A stretch of DNA of 64,000 bases from positions 62,001 through 126,000 of the forward strand of contig JAPDFW010000103.1 in NCBI GenBank assembly GCA_028826165.1. The letters are read 5' to 3'. Under the pieces are notes generated by a model that saw nothing but the letters and a program-made list of their open reading frames with translations, was not told where the DNA came from and ran no database searches. Origin of the DNA: Anaeramoeba ignava BMAN. Lineage: Eukaryota; Protista; Anaeramoebae. Positions 30,363 through 42,765 of the stretch are shown one piece after another. Numbering within the stretch: position 1 is the stretch's first letter; the number at the start of each line of letters is the position of its first letter. The position numbers and the translations under genes were made by a program.

Positions 30363-31802
30363 ATGTCAAAGAAAATTAAAATAGGAATTATTGGAGCAGG
30401 ATCAGCAGGATTTTTTGCAGGATTTCAATTAGGGAAACAAGGAGGAGAAGACATTGAGATTACAATGTTTGAGCAAGGACCGGAAGTATCAAAACGAGAT
30501 TGCCCAATCCACGACGGACTAGCATGCCTTCACTGTTACCCATGTCGAATTATGAGTGGGGTTGGAGGAGCAGGAACCTTCTCTTCAGGAATTCTCAACT
30601 TGCACAAAAACATCGGAGGCGACCTTGAAGATCTGTGTTCCCAAGCGGGTCTTGATGTGGACAAGATCATCAATCAGATTGATCAAGTCTTTGTTGATAA
30701 TGGAGCACCTGAAAAAGTATTTGATCCATTTTCGCTTGGCGAAGATCTTGAAAAACTCCAATATAAATGCGCGATTAATGATATTCGCTTTGTCCCGATT
30801 AAGCAGCGCCTTCTGGGATCCCAGAACACACCGAGAGTCATCCAATCCATGGTGAAACAGCTGCGTGAGAAGTACAAAATTACGATCCAATCCAACACTC
30901 AAGTTATGGATTTTGATAAAAAAAAAACGGTTTATTTTGCCGGAAAAAAAACGTCTGAGAATTTTGATTTTTTGATCGTTAGTCCTGGAAGATGGGGAAT
31001 GGATTGGTTGACCCAAGTTTGCGAGAAGCGCCGCATCAAGACATTCCACGAGCCGCTTGATATCGGTGTGCGTGTTGAGGTGCCAGCGCTTGTGATGGAA
31101 CCAATTTGCAGTATTCAACGCGATCCAAAATTCCACATCATCACACCTACTTATTCTGATTTTATTCGGACTTTCTGTTCCAATCATCGGGGATATGTGG
31201 TGAAGGAGACTTACGGAAAAGAGCAGATTGCGGGGGTTAACGGACACCAGTTGTCAACTGACGGGAAGTCGGAGAACAGCAATTTTGCGTTTCTTATTCG
31301 GCAATCCTTAACGCGTCCTTTAGAAGATACCACAAAATATGGGATGTCGATATCTCTGCAAACCTCGATTCTTGGCGGGTATAAGCCTCTTGTTCAGACG
31401 CTTGGGGATCTACGAAAGGGTCGACGATCACGACCTGCACTCATTCGCCGGAATCCTGTTGTTCCTACTCTTAAGAATACTACTCCTGGTGATATTTCTA
31501 TGGCTTATCCCTACCGTTTTGTTACTGATATCATCGAAGGTCTTGATATTCTTGATAAAATCATGCCCGGTGTTAGCAATAATAGTACTTTGATTTATGC
31601 TCCTGAGTTCAAACGAAGTGCAAAGAGAATTGATACGAATTTTGATCTTGAGTCAAAATCTGCTCCTGATATCTTCTTTGCTGGTGATGGTGCTGGTCTT
31701 TCTAGAGGTATTATTGGTGCTGCTGTTACTGGCATTATTGCTGCAAATGGAATTTTGAAGAAGATTGGCAAAAAGACTAATTTTATTCCAAATTTGAATT
31801 AA
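30363..31802 (+). CDS. Prokaryote-type FAD-dependent oxidoreductase (COG2509-like) with a Cys cluster
   Basis: GIIGAGSAG Rossmann motif, CPIHDGLACLHCYPCRIMSGVGGAGTFS, DIGVRVE, RTFCSN, VNGH, YAPEFK, AGDGAGLSRG; intronless. Confidence 0.85.
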   Translation: MSKKIKIGIIGAGSAGFFAGFQLGKQGGEDIEITMFEQGPEVSKRDCPIHDGLACLHCYPCRIMSGVGGAGTFSSGILNLHKNIGGDLEDLCSQAGLDVDKIINQIDQVFVDNGAPEKVFDPFSLGEDLEKLQYKCAINDIRFVPIKQRLLGSQNTPRVIQSMVKQLREKYKITIQSNTQVMDFDKKKTVYFAGKKTSENFDFLIVSPGRWGMDWLTQVCEKRRIKTFHEPLDIGVRVEVPALVMEPICSIQRDPKFHIITPTYSDFIRTFCSNHRGYVVKETYGKEQIAGVNGHQLSTDGKSENSNFAFLIRQSLTRPLEDTTKYGMSISLQTSILGGYKPLVQTLGDLRKGRRSRPALIRRNPVVPTLKNTTPGDISMAYPYRFVTDIIEGLDILDKIMPGVSNNSTLIYAPEFKRSAKRIDTNFDLESKSAPDIFFAGDGAGLSRGIIGAAVTGIIAANGILKKIGKKTNFIPNLN

Positions 31803-31804
31803 TT

Positions 31805-32660
31805 CATCAACAATTTAATAAATAATTTAATCAACAATTTAATAAATAATTTAATCAATAATTTAATAAACAAATTATTAAATAAATTAATAAATAAATT
31901 AATAAATAATAAATAAATTAATAAATAAATTAATCAACAAATTCATTTTAAAATTTATAAACAATTTAATAAACAAATTAATAAATAATTTAATAAACAA
32001 ATTAATAAATAATTTAATAAATAATTTAATAAATAAATTAATAAATAATTTAATAAATAATTTAATAAATAATTTAATAAATAATTTAATCAACAATTTA
32101 ATAAATAATTTAATAAATAATTTAATAAATAATTTAATAAACAAATTAATAAATAATTTTAAATAAATTAATAAATAATTTAATAAATAAATTAATAAAC
32201 AATTTAATAAATAAATTAATAAATAAATTAATTAATAATTTAATAAACAATTTAATAAACAAATTAATAAATAAATTAATAAATAATTTTATAAATAATT
32301 TAATAAATAATTTTATAAATAATTTAATAAACAAATTAATAAATAATTTAATAAATAAATTAATAAATAAATTAATAAATAAATTAATAAATAATTTAAT
32401 CAACAAATTAATAAATAATTTAATAAATAAATTATTAAATAATTTAATAAATAAATTAATCAACAAATTCATTTTAAAATTAATAAACAATTTAATAAAT
32501 AAATTAATTTTAAAATTAATAAACAATTTAATAAATAAATTTATAAATAATTTAATAAACAAATTAATAAACAAATTCTAATTTAATAAATTAATAAATA
32601 ATTTAATAAACAAATTCATTTTAAAATTAATAAATAATTTAATAAATTAATCCATTTTAA
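31805..32660. repeat. (TTAATAAATAAT)n 12-mer minisatellite
   Basis: Tandem 12-nt units between convergent genes. Confidence 0.9.
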
Positions 32661-32802
32661 AATTATCAATAAAATTATTTAAAATTCTTCTTTGTTTTTT
32701 TTAATTTTGTTTTCTGTAAAACAATCCAAAAAAAAAAATTCTTAAAAGAAAAAAAAAATATTTTGCTTGTCAATTCAAATAAAATGATCCTTTTCAAATG
32801 AA

Positions 32803-33974
32803 TTAATCTTTTTTTGGAATATCAAATTCCAAATTATATTCTTCTTTTTCTAATTCTTTTGATAAAGCAGGTAAATTAACTCTAATTCAATTAAAACAAA
32901 AAGAAAAATAAACAATTTTTTTGATTAAAAAAGAAAATCGGATAAAAAATATTTTATTTGAAAAATTATTACGGTTCATCTTTTTCTAATTCTTCTTCTA
33001 ATCTTTTATTCAAATTTGTAAGAATTTCAACCATTTTTTCTTCTGTTTGAATTTGTTGTAAAATATCTGCAATATCTACAGGTTCTGGAAGTGGTTTTCC
33101 ATCAAGATAATAATAAGGTTTCTTGCTTTCTCTTTTTTTTCCAGTTTTATGAATCAATGGAGTTGTTAATAAAACTGTATTTATTTACAAAAAAAAAATC
33201 AATAAAAATTTTTTTAAATTTTTTTTAAAGTTTTTTCAATTAATTTTTTTTTGAGTTGATGTTTAATTTAATTTTTAATTGAAATCACCATTTAAAATAT
33301 CATAAGCTCTTCTGTATCCAATATTTAATTCAGTTTGTATGTCTTTAAACACCATTTCTCCTCCTTTGTTATTTATTTTTTTATTAAATTTTTTTATTAA
33401 ATTCAAAAAAAAATTTTTTTTATTAATTTTTTCTTAATTTTTTTTATTTACTTGTTTGCATTAATCGAATCATTTTAATTGTTAATTGTTCTAATCCTTC
33501 TTTTTTTGGTGATTTATGTCTTCTTGATTTTGTTTTTTCTTCTGTTTTTTTTTCATTTTGATTTTGATTTTGATTTTGATTTTGATTTTGATTTTGATTT
33601 TGATTTTGATTTTGATTTTGATTTTGATTTTGATTTTGATTTGGATTTTGATTTTGATTTTGATTTTGATTTGGATTTTGATTTTGATTTTGATTTTGAT
33701 TTAGATTTTGATTTTGATTTTGATTTTGATTTTGATTTTGATTTTGATTTTGATTTTGATTTTGATTTTGATTTTGATTTTGATTTTGATTTTGATTTTG
33801 ATTTTGATTTTGATTTTCATTCATTTGAATTTGATTTTCAATTTGATTTTGCATTTCAATTTGAAATTGATCTTCATCTTCAATATAATCATTTGAATTT
33901 TGGTTTGAATTGGAATTTTGATTTCCTATTTCTTTTTTTGCATTTAAATCCTTTTTTGATTTTTGATCTGTCAT
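32803..33974 (-). CDS. E2F/DP-family winged-helix transcription factor; exons 33974-33452, 33363-33289, 33174-32973, 32881-32803
   Basis: Spliced KEGLEQLTIKMIRLMQTRGEMVFKDIQTELNIGYRRAYDILNVL contains the RRxYD signature; NQ repeat at N-terminus. Confidence 0.85.
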
Positions 33975-34157
33975 CTTTTCTTTTCTTTAATTTTTTTTGG
34001 TTTTTTTTTTTTTGTAATTTTTGATTTGCTATAAATTTAATAAAAAGAAAAATAAGTGAAAAAAAAAGTTCAAAAAAAATGAAAAAATGAAAAAATTTTT
34101 TAAAAAATTTTATTTTTTTTTTTTCATTTTTTTATTTTTTCGTTTTAAATTATTTAA

Positions 34158-35376
34158 ATGGAAACTCAAAAAGTTGGACAAGTTATTTTACCTGGAGAAA
34201 TTATTGGTAAAATTAAATCAACATCTCTTAAAATTGGGAATGGTTTAAATATTGAAGAAGATAAAGTTATTGCAACAAAAGGAGGAATATTACAATATCA
34301 AGAAAAAGATAAATATTGGATTTCTAATTTTCAAAAGCGCGTACATTCAAATCAATATTAACTTTAAATATTAAAATGAATTTTAATTACTAATTTTAAT
34401 TTTAATAATTTTAATTTTAATTTTATAAATGAATTTTAATTTTAATTTTAATTTTATAAATGAATTTTAATTTTAATTATAATTTTAATTTTAATTTTAT
34501 AAATGAATTTTAATTTTAATATTAATTTTAATTTTAATATTAATTTTAATTTTAATTTTAATTTTATAAATGAATTTTAATTTTAATTTTGATTTTAATT
34601 TTAATTTTAATTTTAATTTTAATTTAATTATAATTTTAATTTTAATTTTAATTTTATAAATGAATTTTAATTTTAATTTCAATTTTAATTTTAATTTTAA
34701 TTTTAATTTTAATTATAAAATTAATATTGAAAAGTATGTACCAAAAATGGATCATATGGTAATTGGAATTATTATAAATCAACATGGAGAAAATTATTCT
34801 GTTGATATTGGAAGTGCAAGTAGAGCTACTTTATCAATTTTTGGTTTTGAAGGAGCAACTAAAAAAACAAGACCTAATTTAGAAAATCGTTCAGCAGTTT
34901 ATGCTAGAGTTATTCAAGCTGATAAAGATTTAGAAACTGAATTAATTTGTATAGATAAAAGACAAAAATCAAGTGGTTTTGGTCCTTTAGATGATCAAGG
35001 TTATATTTTCAAATGTTCTTTATCTCTTGCTGAATCGTATGCAATTTGAACTTGAATTCTAATTTTAATTTTAATTTTAATTTTAATTTTAATTTTAATT
35101 TTAATTTTAATTTTAATTTTAATTTTAATTTTAAATTTAATTCTTAAATTAATTTTAAAAAATAGATTATTGATGAATAAAACTCCAGTAATAAAATTAC
35201 TTTCAAATTATATTCCTTTTGAAATTGCAATTGGAATAAATGGTAGAATTTGGGTAAAATCGGAAAAACCAAATCATACAATTATAATTGTAAATTCAAT
35301 TATACAAACTGAAGGAACTGAAAATGAAACAGAAATTTCTAAAATTATTAAAAAAAATATTTCAGTTTTACTTTAA
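34158..35376 (+). CDS. RRP40: Exosome component Rrp40 (3 exons)
   Basis: VILPGE, KRYVP..D.VIGII, YSVDIG, FEGATKKTRPNL, FEIAIGINGRIWV. Confidence 0.93.
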
Positions 35377-35479
35377 AAATAAAAATAAAAATAGAAAAGA
35401 AAAGAAAAAATTTTTCATTTTTCATTTTTCATTTTTCATTTTTTTGCTTTTTTTATTGGTTTCATTATTTTTTTTTGAA

Positions 35480-37020
35480 ATGGATATAAGTGATGATGAT
35501 TTTGGTGATGCTGGAGAATATCCAGTTGTTAAAATTGTTGTTCTTGGTTCAACTGGAGTAGGTAAATTTACTAATTAAAAATTTAATTAAAAATCTTATA
35601 TTCAATTATATAAATCAATTTAGAAATAATTTAATTAAAAATTTAATTGAAAATCTAATTAAAAATCTTATATTCAATTATATAAATCAATTTAGAAATA
35701 ATTTAATTAAAAATTTATATTCAATTATATAAATCAATTTATAAATAATTTAATTAAAAATTTAATTAAAAATCTTATATATTCAATTATATATATCAAT
35801 TTATAAATAATTTAATTAAAAATTTATATTCAATTATATAAATCAATTTAGAAATAATTTAATTAAAAATTTAATTAAAAATCTATATTCAATTATATAC
35901 ATCAATTTATAAAAATTTAATTTAAAAATTTCAATTATTAAAAATCTTATTAAAAATTTTAATTAAAAATTAATATTTAATTATATACATCAATTTAGAA
36001 ATAATCTAATTAAAAATTTAATTGAAAATCTTATATTCAATTATATACATCAATTTAGAAATAATTTAATTAAAAATTTAATTAAAAATTAATATTCAAT
36101 TATATAAATCAATTTAGAAATAATTTAATTTAAAATTTAATTGAAAATCTTATATTTAATTATATAAATCAATTTATAAATCAATTTAATTGAAAATTTA
36201 ATTGAAAAATTTATATTCAATTATATAAATCAATTTATAAATAATCTTATTAAAAATCTTATTAAAAATTTAATTAAAAATTTAATTAAAAATCTTATTA
36301 AAAATTTAATTAAAAATCTTATTAAAAATCTTATTAAAAATCTTATTAAAAATCTTATTAAAAATCTTATTAAAAATCTAATGAAAAATTTAATTAAAAA
36401 TTTCAAAAGGTAAAACCTCAATTATAAAAAGATATACACAAAATATTTTCGAGGAATGTAAACCAACAATAAACGCAGCATATTTCACAAAGAAAATACA
36501 AATGGAAAACGAAGAAACTGTATTAATTTGCATATGGGATACAGCAGGTCAAGAAAGATTTACATCATTAGCGCCACTTTATTTCAGACAATCCAAAGGG
36601 GCAATTCTAGTTTACGATGTTTCAAACGAGGATTCATTCGCCAAAATGCAATTTTGGTTTCGAGAATTGGAACAGAAAGGACCAGAAAATATTAGAATAG
36701 CAATTGCTGCAAATAAAATTGATACTTCATTTGCTTTACAAAAACAAATACCTTCAATCGAAGCGGAAAAATTCGCAGAAAAAATTGGATCGCAAATTTT
36801 CTTAACTTCCGCTAAAACTGGTAAAGGTGTTGATGATCTTTTTGCTTATTTTTATCAGACTTGTCAAGATGTTAATTTGGAAAATAAACAAAAATCAAAA
36901 AAAAATCAATCAAAAAAAATTTCGGAAAAAAATCAATCAAAAAAAAGAAATGATAATAATATTAATAATAATAATAATAATATAGATGAAAAATCGAAAG
37001 AAAAAAGTAATTGTTGTTGA
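35480..37020 (+). CDS. Rab GTPase (Rab5/21-related); exons 35480-35561 and 36410-37020
   Basis: KIVVLGSTGVGKTS, PTINAAYF, IWDTAGQERFTSLAPLYFR, NKID, TSAKTG, C-terminal CC. Confidence 0.92.
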
Positions 37021-37231
37021 AAAAAAAAAGAAGAATATTTGTTTTTGTTTTTGTTTTTTGTTTTTGTTTTTGTTTTTAAAAAATATTTTTTTTTTAAAAA
37101 TGGAAAATAAAAATTTCATTTTTTTATTTTTAATTTTATTTTTCTTTTTTTTTTCTCTCTTTTCTTTTTTTTCAACAAAAAAAAAAAGCAAAAAAATAAA
37201 TAAATAACTAAATCTATTTAATTCATATTTT

Positions 37232-40200
37232 ATGGCAGATAACCAACAAAACCGACAACAAAGAAATAAAAAAAAACGATTTGTTCAAGATAAAATTTCC
37301 CAATGCAAAAAAGATAAAGAATCAACATTAGAATTATCAAACATGGGAATAAAAATACTTCCATCATCAATAGGAAGTTTATCAGAATTAACATGTCTTT
37401 ATTTAAACGACAACTATTTATCAAGTCTTCCAAAAGAGATGAAAAAACTTGGAAATTTAACGACACTTAATTTGAATAATAATTCACTTTCTTCACTTCC
37501 TGATTTAATTGGAGGAATCAAAAAATTAACTAATCTTGCTGTTTGTAATAACCAATTACAATCTTTAACTCCAAAAATTGGAAGGATTATTACTCTTAAT
37601 GAATTGTTTCTTACTGACAATAAACTTCAATCTGTTCCTGATGAAATTGGATCGTTGGTTCATTTGTCAAAATTGGATTTAGGTGGTAATCAGTTATCTG
37701 AATTGCCTCAAAGTTTTGGTAATTTGAAATCTTTGAAGGAATTAGGGCTTTCTTTTAATTTACTGAAATCACTTCCTGAAGATGTATTCAAATCAAAATC
37801 ATAATCAAAATTAAAATTAAAATTAAAATTAAAATTAAAATTAAAATTAAAATTCATTTATAAAATTCAAATCAAAATCTATTTAAAATTAAAATTAAAA
37901 TTAAATTTAAAATTAAAATTCATTTATAAAATTAGAATTAAAATTAAAATTAAAATTCATTTATAAAATTAGAATTAAAATTAAAATTAAAATTCATTTA
38001 TAAAATTAAAATTAAAAATTTAAAATTAAATTAAAATTAAAATTCATTTATAAAATTAGAATTAAAATTAAAATTAAAATTAAAATTAAAATTAAAATTA
38101 AATCTAAAATTAAAATTAAAATTAAAATTAAAATTAAAATTCATTTATAAAATTAAAATTAAAATTAAAATTAAATTTAAAATTAAAAATAAAAAGCAAA
38201 AATTAAAATTAAAAATTAAAATTAAAATTAAAATTAAAATTAAAATTAAAATTCATTTATAAAATTAAAATTCATTTATAAAATTAAAATTAAAATTAAA
38301 ATTAAAATTAAAATTAAAATTAAAATTAAAATTAAAATTAAAATTAAAATTAAAATTAAAATTAAAATTAAAATTAAAATTAAAATTCAATATTAAAATT
38401 AAAATTCATTTATGAAATTAAAATCAAAATTAAAAATAATAAAAGATTTCAGAACTTCAGCAACTCGAACAATTATATTTAAATGATAATTCTCTAACAA
38501 ATCTTCCAGAAAACTTTGGAAATTTACTTAGTTTAAGAGAACTAGAATTAAGCAATAATTCATTTAAATCATTACCTATTCAAATATGCAAATTATCATC
38601 ACTTTCATTTTTATATATGAACAATAATCAATTAACAGAAATACCAAATGAAATAGGAAATCTTAAATCTTTAACTGTTCTTTGGTTTGATTCAAATAAA
38701 ATTCAAACACTTCCAAAATCAATTGGTCAATTAAAAAATATAAAATCACTCAAATTATCAGATAATCAACTTGTTTCAATTCCTTCAGAAATTGGAGAAT
38801 GTTCTTCTTTAATAGAAGTACATTTATTTAATAATAAAATCAAAGAAATTCCAAATTCTGTTGGAAAATTACAGTTATTAGTAAAATTAATTTTGACTGA
38901 AAATCAACTTGAAAATCTTCCTTCAGAACTTGGAAAATTAAAGAATTTAACACAACTTCATTTAGGAGGAAATAAAATAAAACAAATTCCTGATGAACAA
39001 GGGAAATTTCATGAAATGAAAGATTTTGGTATTAGAATTCATTTATAAAATTAAAATTCATTTATAAATTAAAATTAATTTATTAAATTAAAATTCATTT
39101 ATAAAATTAAAATTAAAATTCATTTATAAATTAAAATTAAAATTAATTTATAAAATTAAAATTAAAATTATATTCTTTTGAATTAGGAATTTCTCCAGAT
39201 TCTTTTATAAGCCTTCCTCATGCTCTCCCAAAATTCGGTTCTTTAATCACATCAAACTCAAAACAAGACCAGAAAATAGTCACCCAATTCCAAAATACAC
39301 ACAAAGAAGATCTCATCTCAAGTCTTCCTAAAAGAAAAAATTCAAAAAGTGTAGTTTGGATTTTCCCCTCAACTCAAGAATTCGAAGACGAAAAAAATCA
39401 AGACAAAACAAACTCAAAAAATCAAAACCAAAATCAAAATCAAAATCAAAATCAAAATCAAGAAAATCAAAATAATGAAATTTATGATAGTAAAATAACA
39501 TCAGCATTTTTAAATGATCTTTTAATGTCAAATATGCTTGGATATTCAAATACAAAATCATCACTATCTTTCTCACGATTTGATGAGAAAGATTACGAAC
39601 CAGAATTTCCAGATTCTATTGAAGAAATGGAGAAACAAAATAATGAAAATAATGAAAATATTCAAAATAATGAAAATAATCAAAATATTCAAAATATTCA
39701 AAATAATTTGCAATTACATTCATTTTCAAATTTCAATATAAAGCAAAGCCACATGGAAATGAACCAATTCCAAATGAAATTATATGAGGCAGTCAATCTA
39801 ATCAATAAACTTGAAAAGGAAAAAATAACACTTTTTCAAGAAAAAGAAAATTCAGACTCAAAAAGAAAAAAACTAGAAATTTTACTCAAAAAAGCAGAAG
39901 AAAAATTAAGAAAATTTGAAATGCGCTCACAATCAATGGATGAGCAACTAAACTTAATGGAAAATTACAACGAAATTGAGAACTCGGAAATAGAGTTCAA
40001 AGAAGAAGTTGGCAGAGGAACTTTTGGCAAAGTATTTCGAGCAATTTGGAGAGGAAAAGAAGTTGCAGTTAAACTAATCTTCCCTGAATACAACACGGGA
40101 ATGTACCTAACAGAGTTCCAAAGAGAGGTCTTCATGCTGAGCAAAACACGGCATCCAAACATTGTGCTTTTTATGGGCGCGTGCACAAAACCGCCAAACA

Positions 40201-40772
40201 TTTTTATTGTGACTGAATTCATGTCTGAAGGAAGTTTGTATCACGTCATCAAAAAAGACAATTTTAAAGGATCTCAAGAAATGTGGCTCAAAATAGCACG
40301 AGACATTGCACTCGGCGTAAACTATCTTCATCTAGCAAAACCAAAGATGATCATTCATCGCGACTTGAAGAGCTTAAACGTTCTTCTTGACGAAAATTAC
40401 AACTCAAAAATCGCCGACTTTGGGATGTCTCGGATCAAGGAAGAAAGCGCTAAGCTTACAAAACTTAAAGGCTCTCCCTGTTGGATGGCTCCAGAGATTT
40501 TCCGCAATGAAGTTTATAACGAAAAAGCTGATATTTATTCTTACGGAATTGTTTTATGGGAATTAATCACAAAAGAGTTTCCTTATAAAGGAATTGACAA
40601 CCCTATTCAACTCGGTTTTAAGGTTGCTTATCAGAAATTAAGACCTGATATCTCAAAAATTACAGATCCAAAATGGAAAGATTTGATTACTCAATGTTGG
40701 GCTGATGAACCTGATGACAGACCTTCTTTTGATAAAATACTTGAAATTTTAAATACTTTCGAAAAGAAATAA
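37232..40772 (+). CDS. LRR plus tyrosine-kinase-like (Raf/MAP3K-like) kinase, 3 exons (about 37232-37783, 38447-39027, 39187-40772)
   Basis: Many LxLxxNxLxxLP repeats; GRGTFG, VAVK, HRDLKSLN, DFG, WMAPE; frame stays open across GT-AG junctions. Confidence 0.9.
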
Positions 40773-40889
40773 TAATAAAAAAAAATTTTTTTTTCTTTTA
40801 AAAAAAAGTGGAACAAAAAATAAAAAAAAAAAAAAAAGTGGAACAAAAATTATTTTTTTCATTTTTTCATCATTTATTTATTTATTTAT

Positions 40890-42578
40890 TTATTTTTCTC
40901 TTGTTTGATGTGATGGACTTCTTCTTTGTCTATGAGAAGAATAATTATGTGAATGATGAGAAGAATCATATCCATATCCATTTCTTGATTTTGATTGTGA
41001 ATATTCTTGTTCTCTTGAATTGCGATGAGATCGAGAATATGAATGTTGATGTGAATGTGGATTTCTGTCTTTGGATCGATCATCGTTTGTTCTTTCTTGA
41101 TTTTTATCAGGATATTTATTTCCATAATCTTGATAACGATCTTGTGAAGAATGTGATTCTGTTTGATTTTCTTTGTGTTCGTTGTGTGAATATTGATTTT
41201 CTCCTTTTGTGTCTTGGTTATGAAAATTTGGATTGCGTGGTCCTCTTGAATGCAAATCGTTATAATGTTGTTTTGGTGGAAATCTTTGTGGCCATCTTCT
41301 TGGATTTTCCAAATTTTGTTTGAAGTTAGGATTATAGAAAGGATTTTGGGGAATTGGAAAGAGAATATTTGGTGGAACTATTTTAATTTAAATAAATATT
41401 TAATTTAATATTTAATTTAATTTAAATAAATATTTAATTTAATATTTATTTTAATATTTAATTTAATATTTAATTTTAATATTTAATTTTAATATTTATT
41501 ATTTATTTTAATATTTAATTTAATATTTATTTTAATATTTATTTTAATATTTAATTTAATATTTAATTTAATATTTAATATTTATTTTAATATTTATTTT
41601 AATATTTATTTAAATATTAATTTTTATTTTAATTTTAATTTTAATTTTTATTTAAATATTTAATTTAATATTTATTTTAATATTTATTTTAATATTTATT
41701 TTGATTTTTAATATTTATTTTAATATTTATTTTAGATAATTCACCCCAAGGTGGTTGGTTTTTTAAAGCAGGATTGAAATTAGGATTGATATTAGGATTG
41801 ATATTAGGATTAAAAGGTGGATTAAAAGGCGGATTAAAAGGTGGATTAAAAGGCGGATTTATAAACGGGTTTAAAGGTTGTGAAAATATATTTGTTTGTC
41901 CTGAAAAAGGTTTTTTTTCATCCATTTTCATTTCTTGTTTATTTGGATTATCTTTATTTTCAAAATTTTAATTTATAAATGAATTTTAATTTAATTTTAA
42001 TTTATAAATGAATTTTAATTTAATTTTAATTTATAAATGAATTTTAATTTAATTTTAATTTATAAATGAATTTTAATTTAATTTTAATTTATAAATACGA
42101 GAAAAAATATTTGGAGGAGAAATTCCTGAAGGGAAAAAAGGAGGTCCAATATTAGGTTGAATATTCATATTCTTATTCAAAGGTTTATCAGAATGTTTAT
42201 CTTCTTCTTGAATAATAGGGGAATCTGGAATAGCAAATCTTTGACGTAAATCATTTTGTTTTTGACAATAAACTTTCCAAGTTTCTTCAGTAAATCCATA
42301 ATTGAAATAATCCTTAGGATCCGCTCCAGGATTTGTCCACGGTTTATCTTGTAATTTATCAATATCAAAATCGGAAAATAATTTTAATCCACTTTTATAT
42401 GTTGTAAATTTTGCCGGTAATTTCGTTGAATTTGTTTCTTTTTCTGCTTCTTTTTCTTTTAAAAATTTTTTTTTAATTTTGTTTTGATTTTCTTTTTAAT
42501 TTAAATTTTCTTTTTGTTTATAATTTAATTTTTTTTTTTTTAAAATAAATCACTTTTAATTTGTGTTCGATCTTCCAT
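40890..42578 (-). CDS. FIP1: Pre-mRNA 3'-end processing factor Fip1 (multi-exon)
   Basis: DIDKLQDKPWTNPGADPKDYFNYGFTEETWKVYC (about 42270-42370) is the Fip1 motif; Pro-rich and RS/RD-rich C-terminus; internal exon bounds not fully resolved. Confidence 0.88.
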
Positions 42579-42765
42579 TTAATTTTTTAATTTTTATTTT
42601 TTAAATTATATTTTATTTTTAAAAAAAAGAAAAATGAAAAATGAAAAATGAAAAATGAAAAATGAAAAATGAAAAATGAAAAATGAAAAAAAAATTAAAA
42701 AAAATTTTTTTCATTTTTTTCTTTTTTTTTGAAAACAAAAACAATAAGAATTAGATAATAAAAAA

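Noticed and set aside
30556-31593. Overlapping antisense and alternate-frame ORFs in the flavoprotein, Kelch, kinase, WD40 and PARP genes
   Set aside because: Shadows of GC-richer coding sequence with no recognisable motifs
31899-32574. LFIK/LFIN-repeat ORFs
   Set aside because: Reading frames of a 12-mer minisatellite; 36230-36421, 8982-9198 and 5696-5899 are likewise repeat translations
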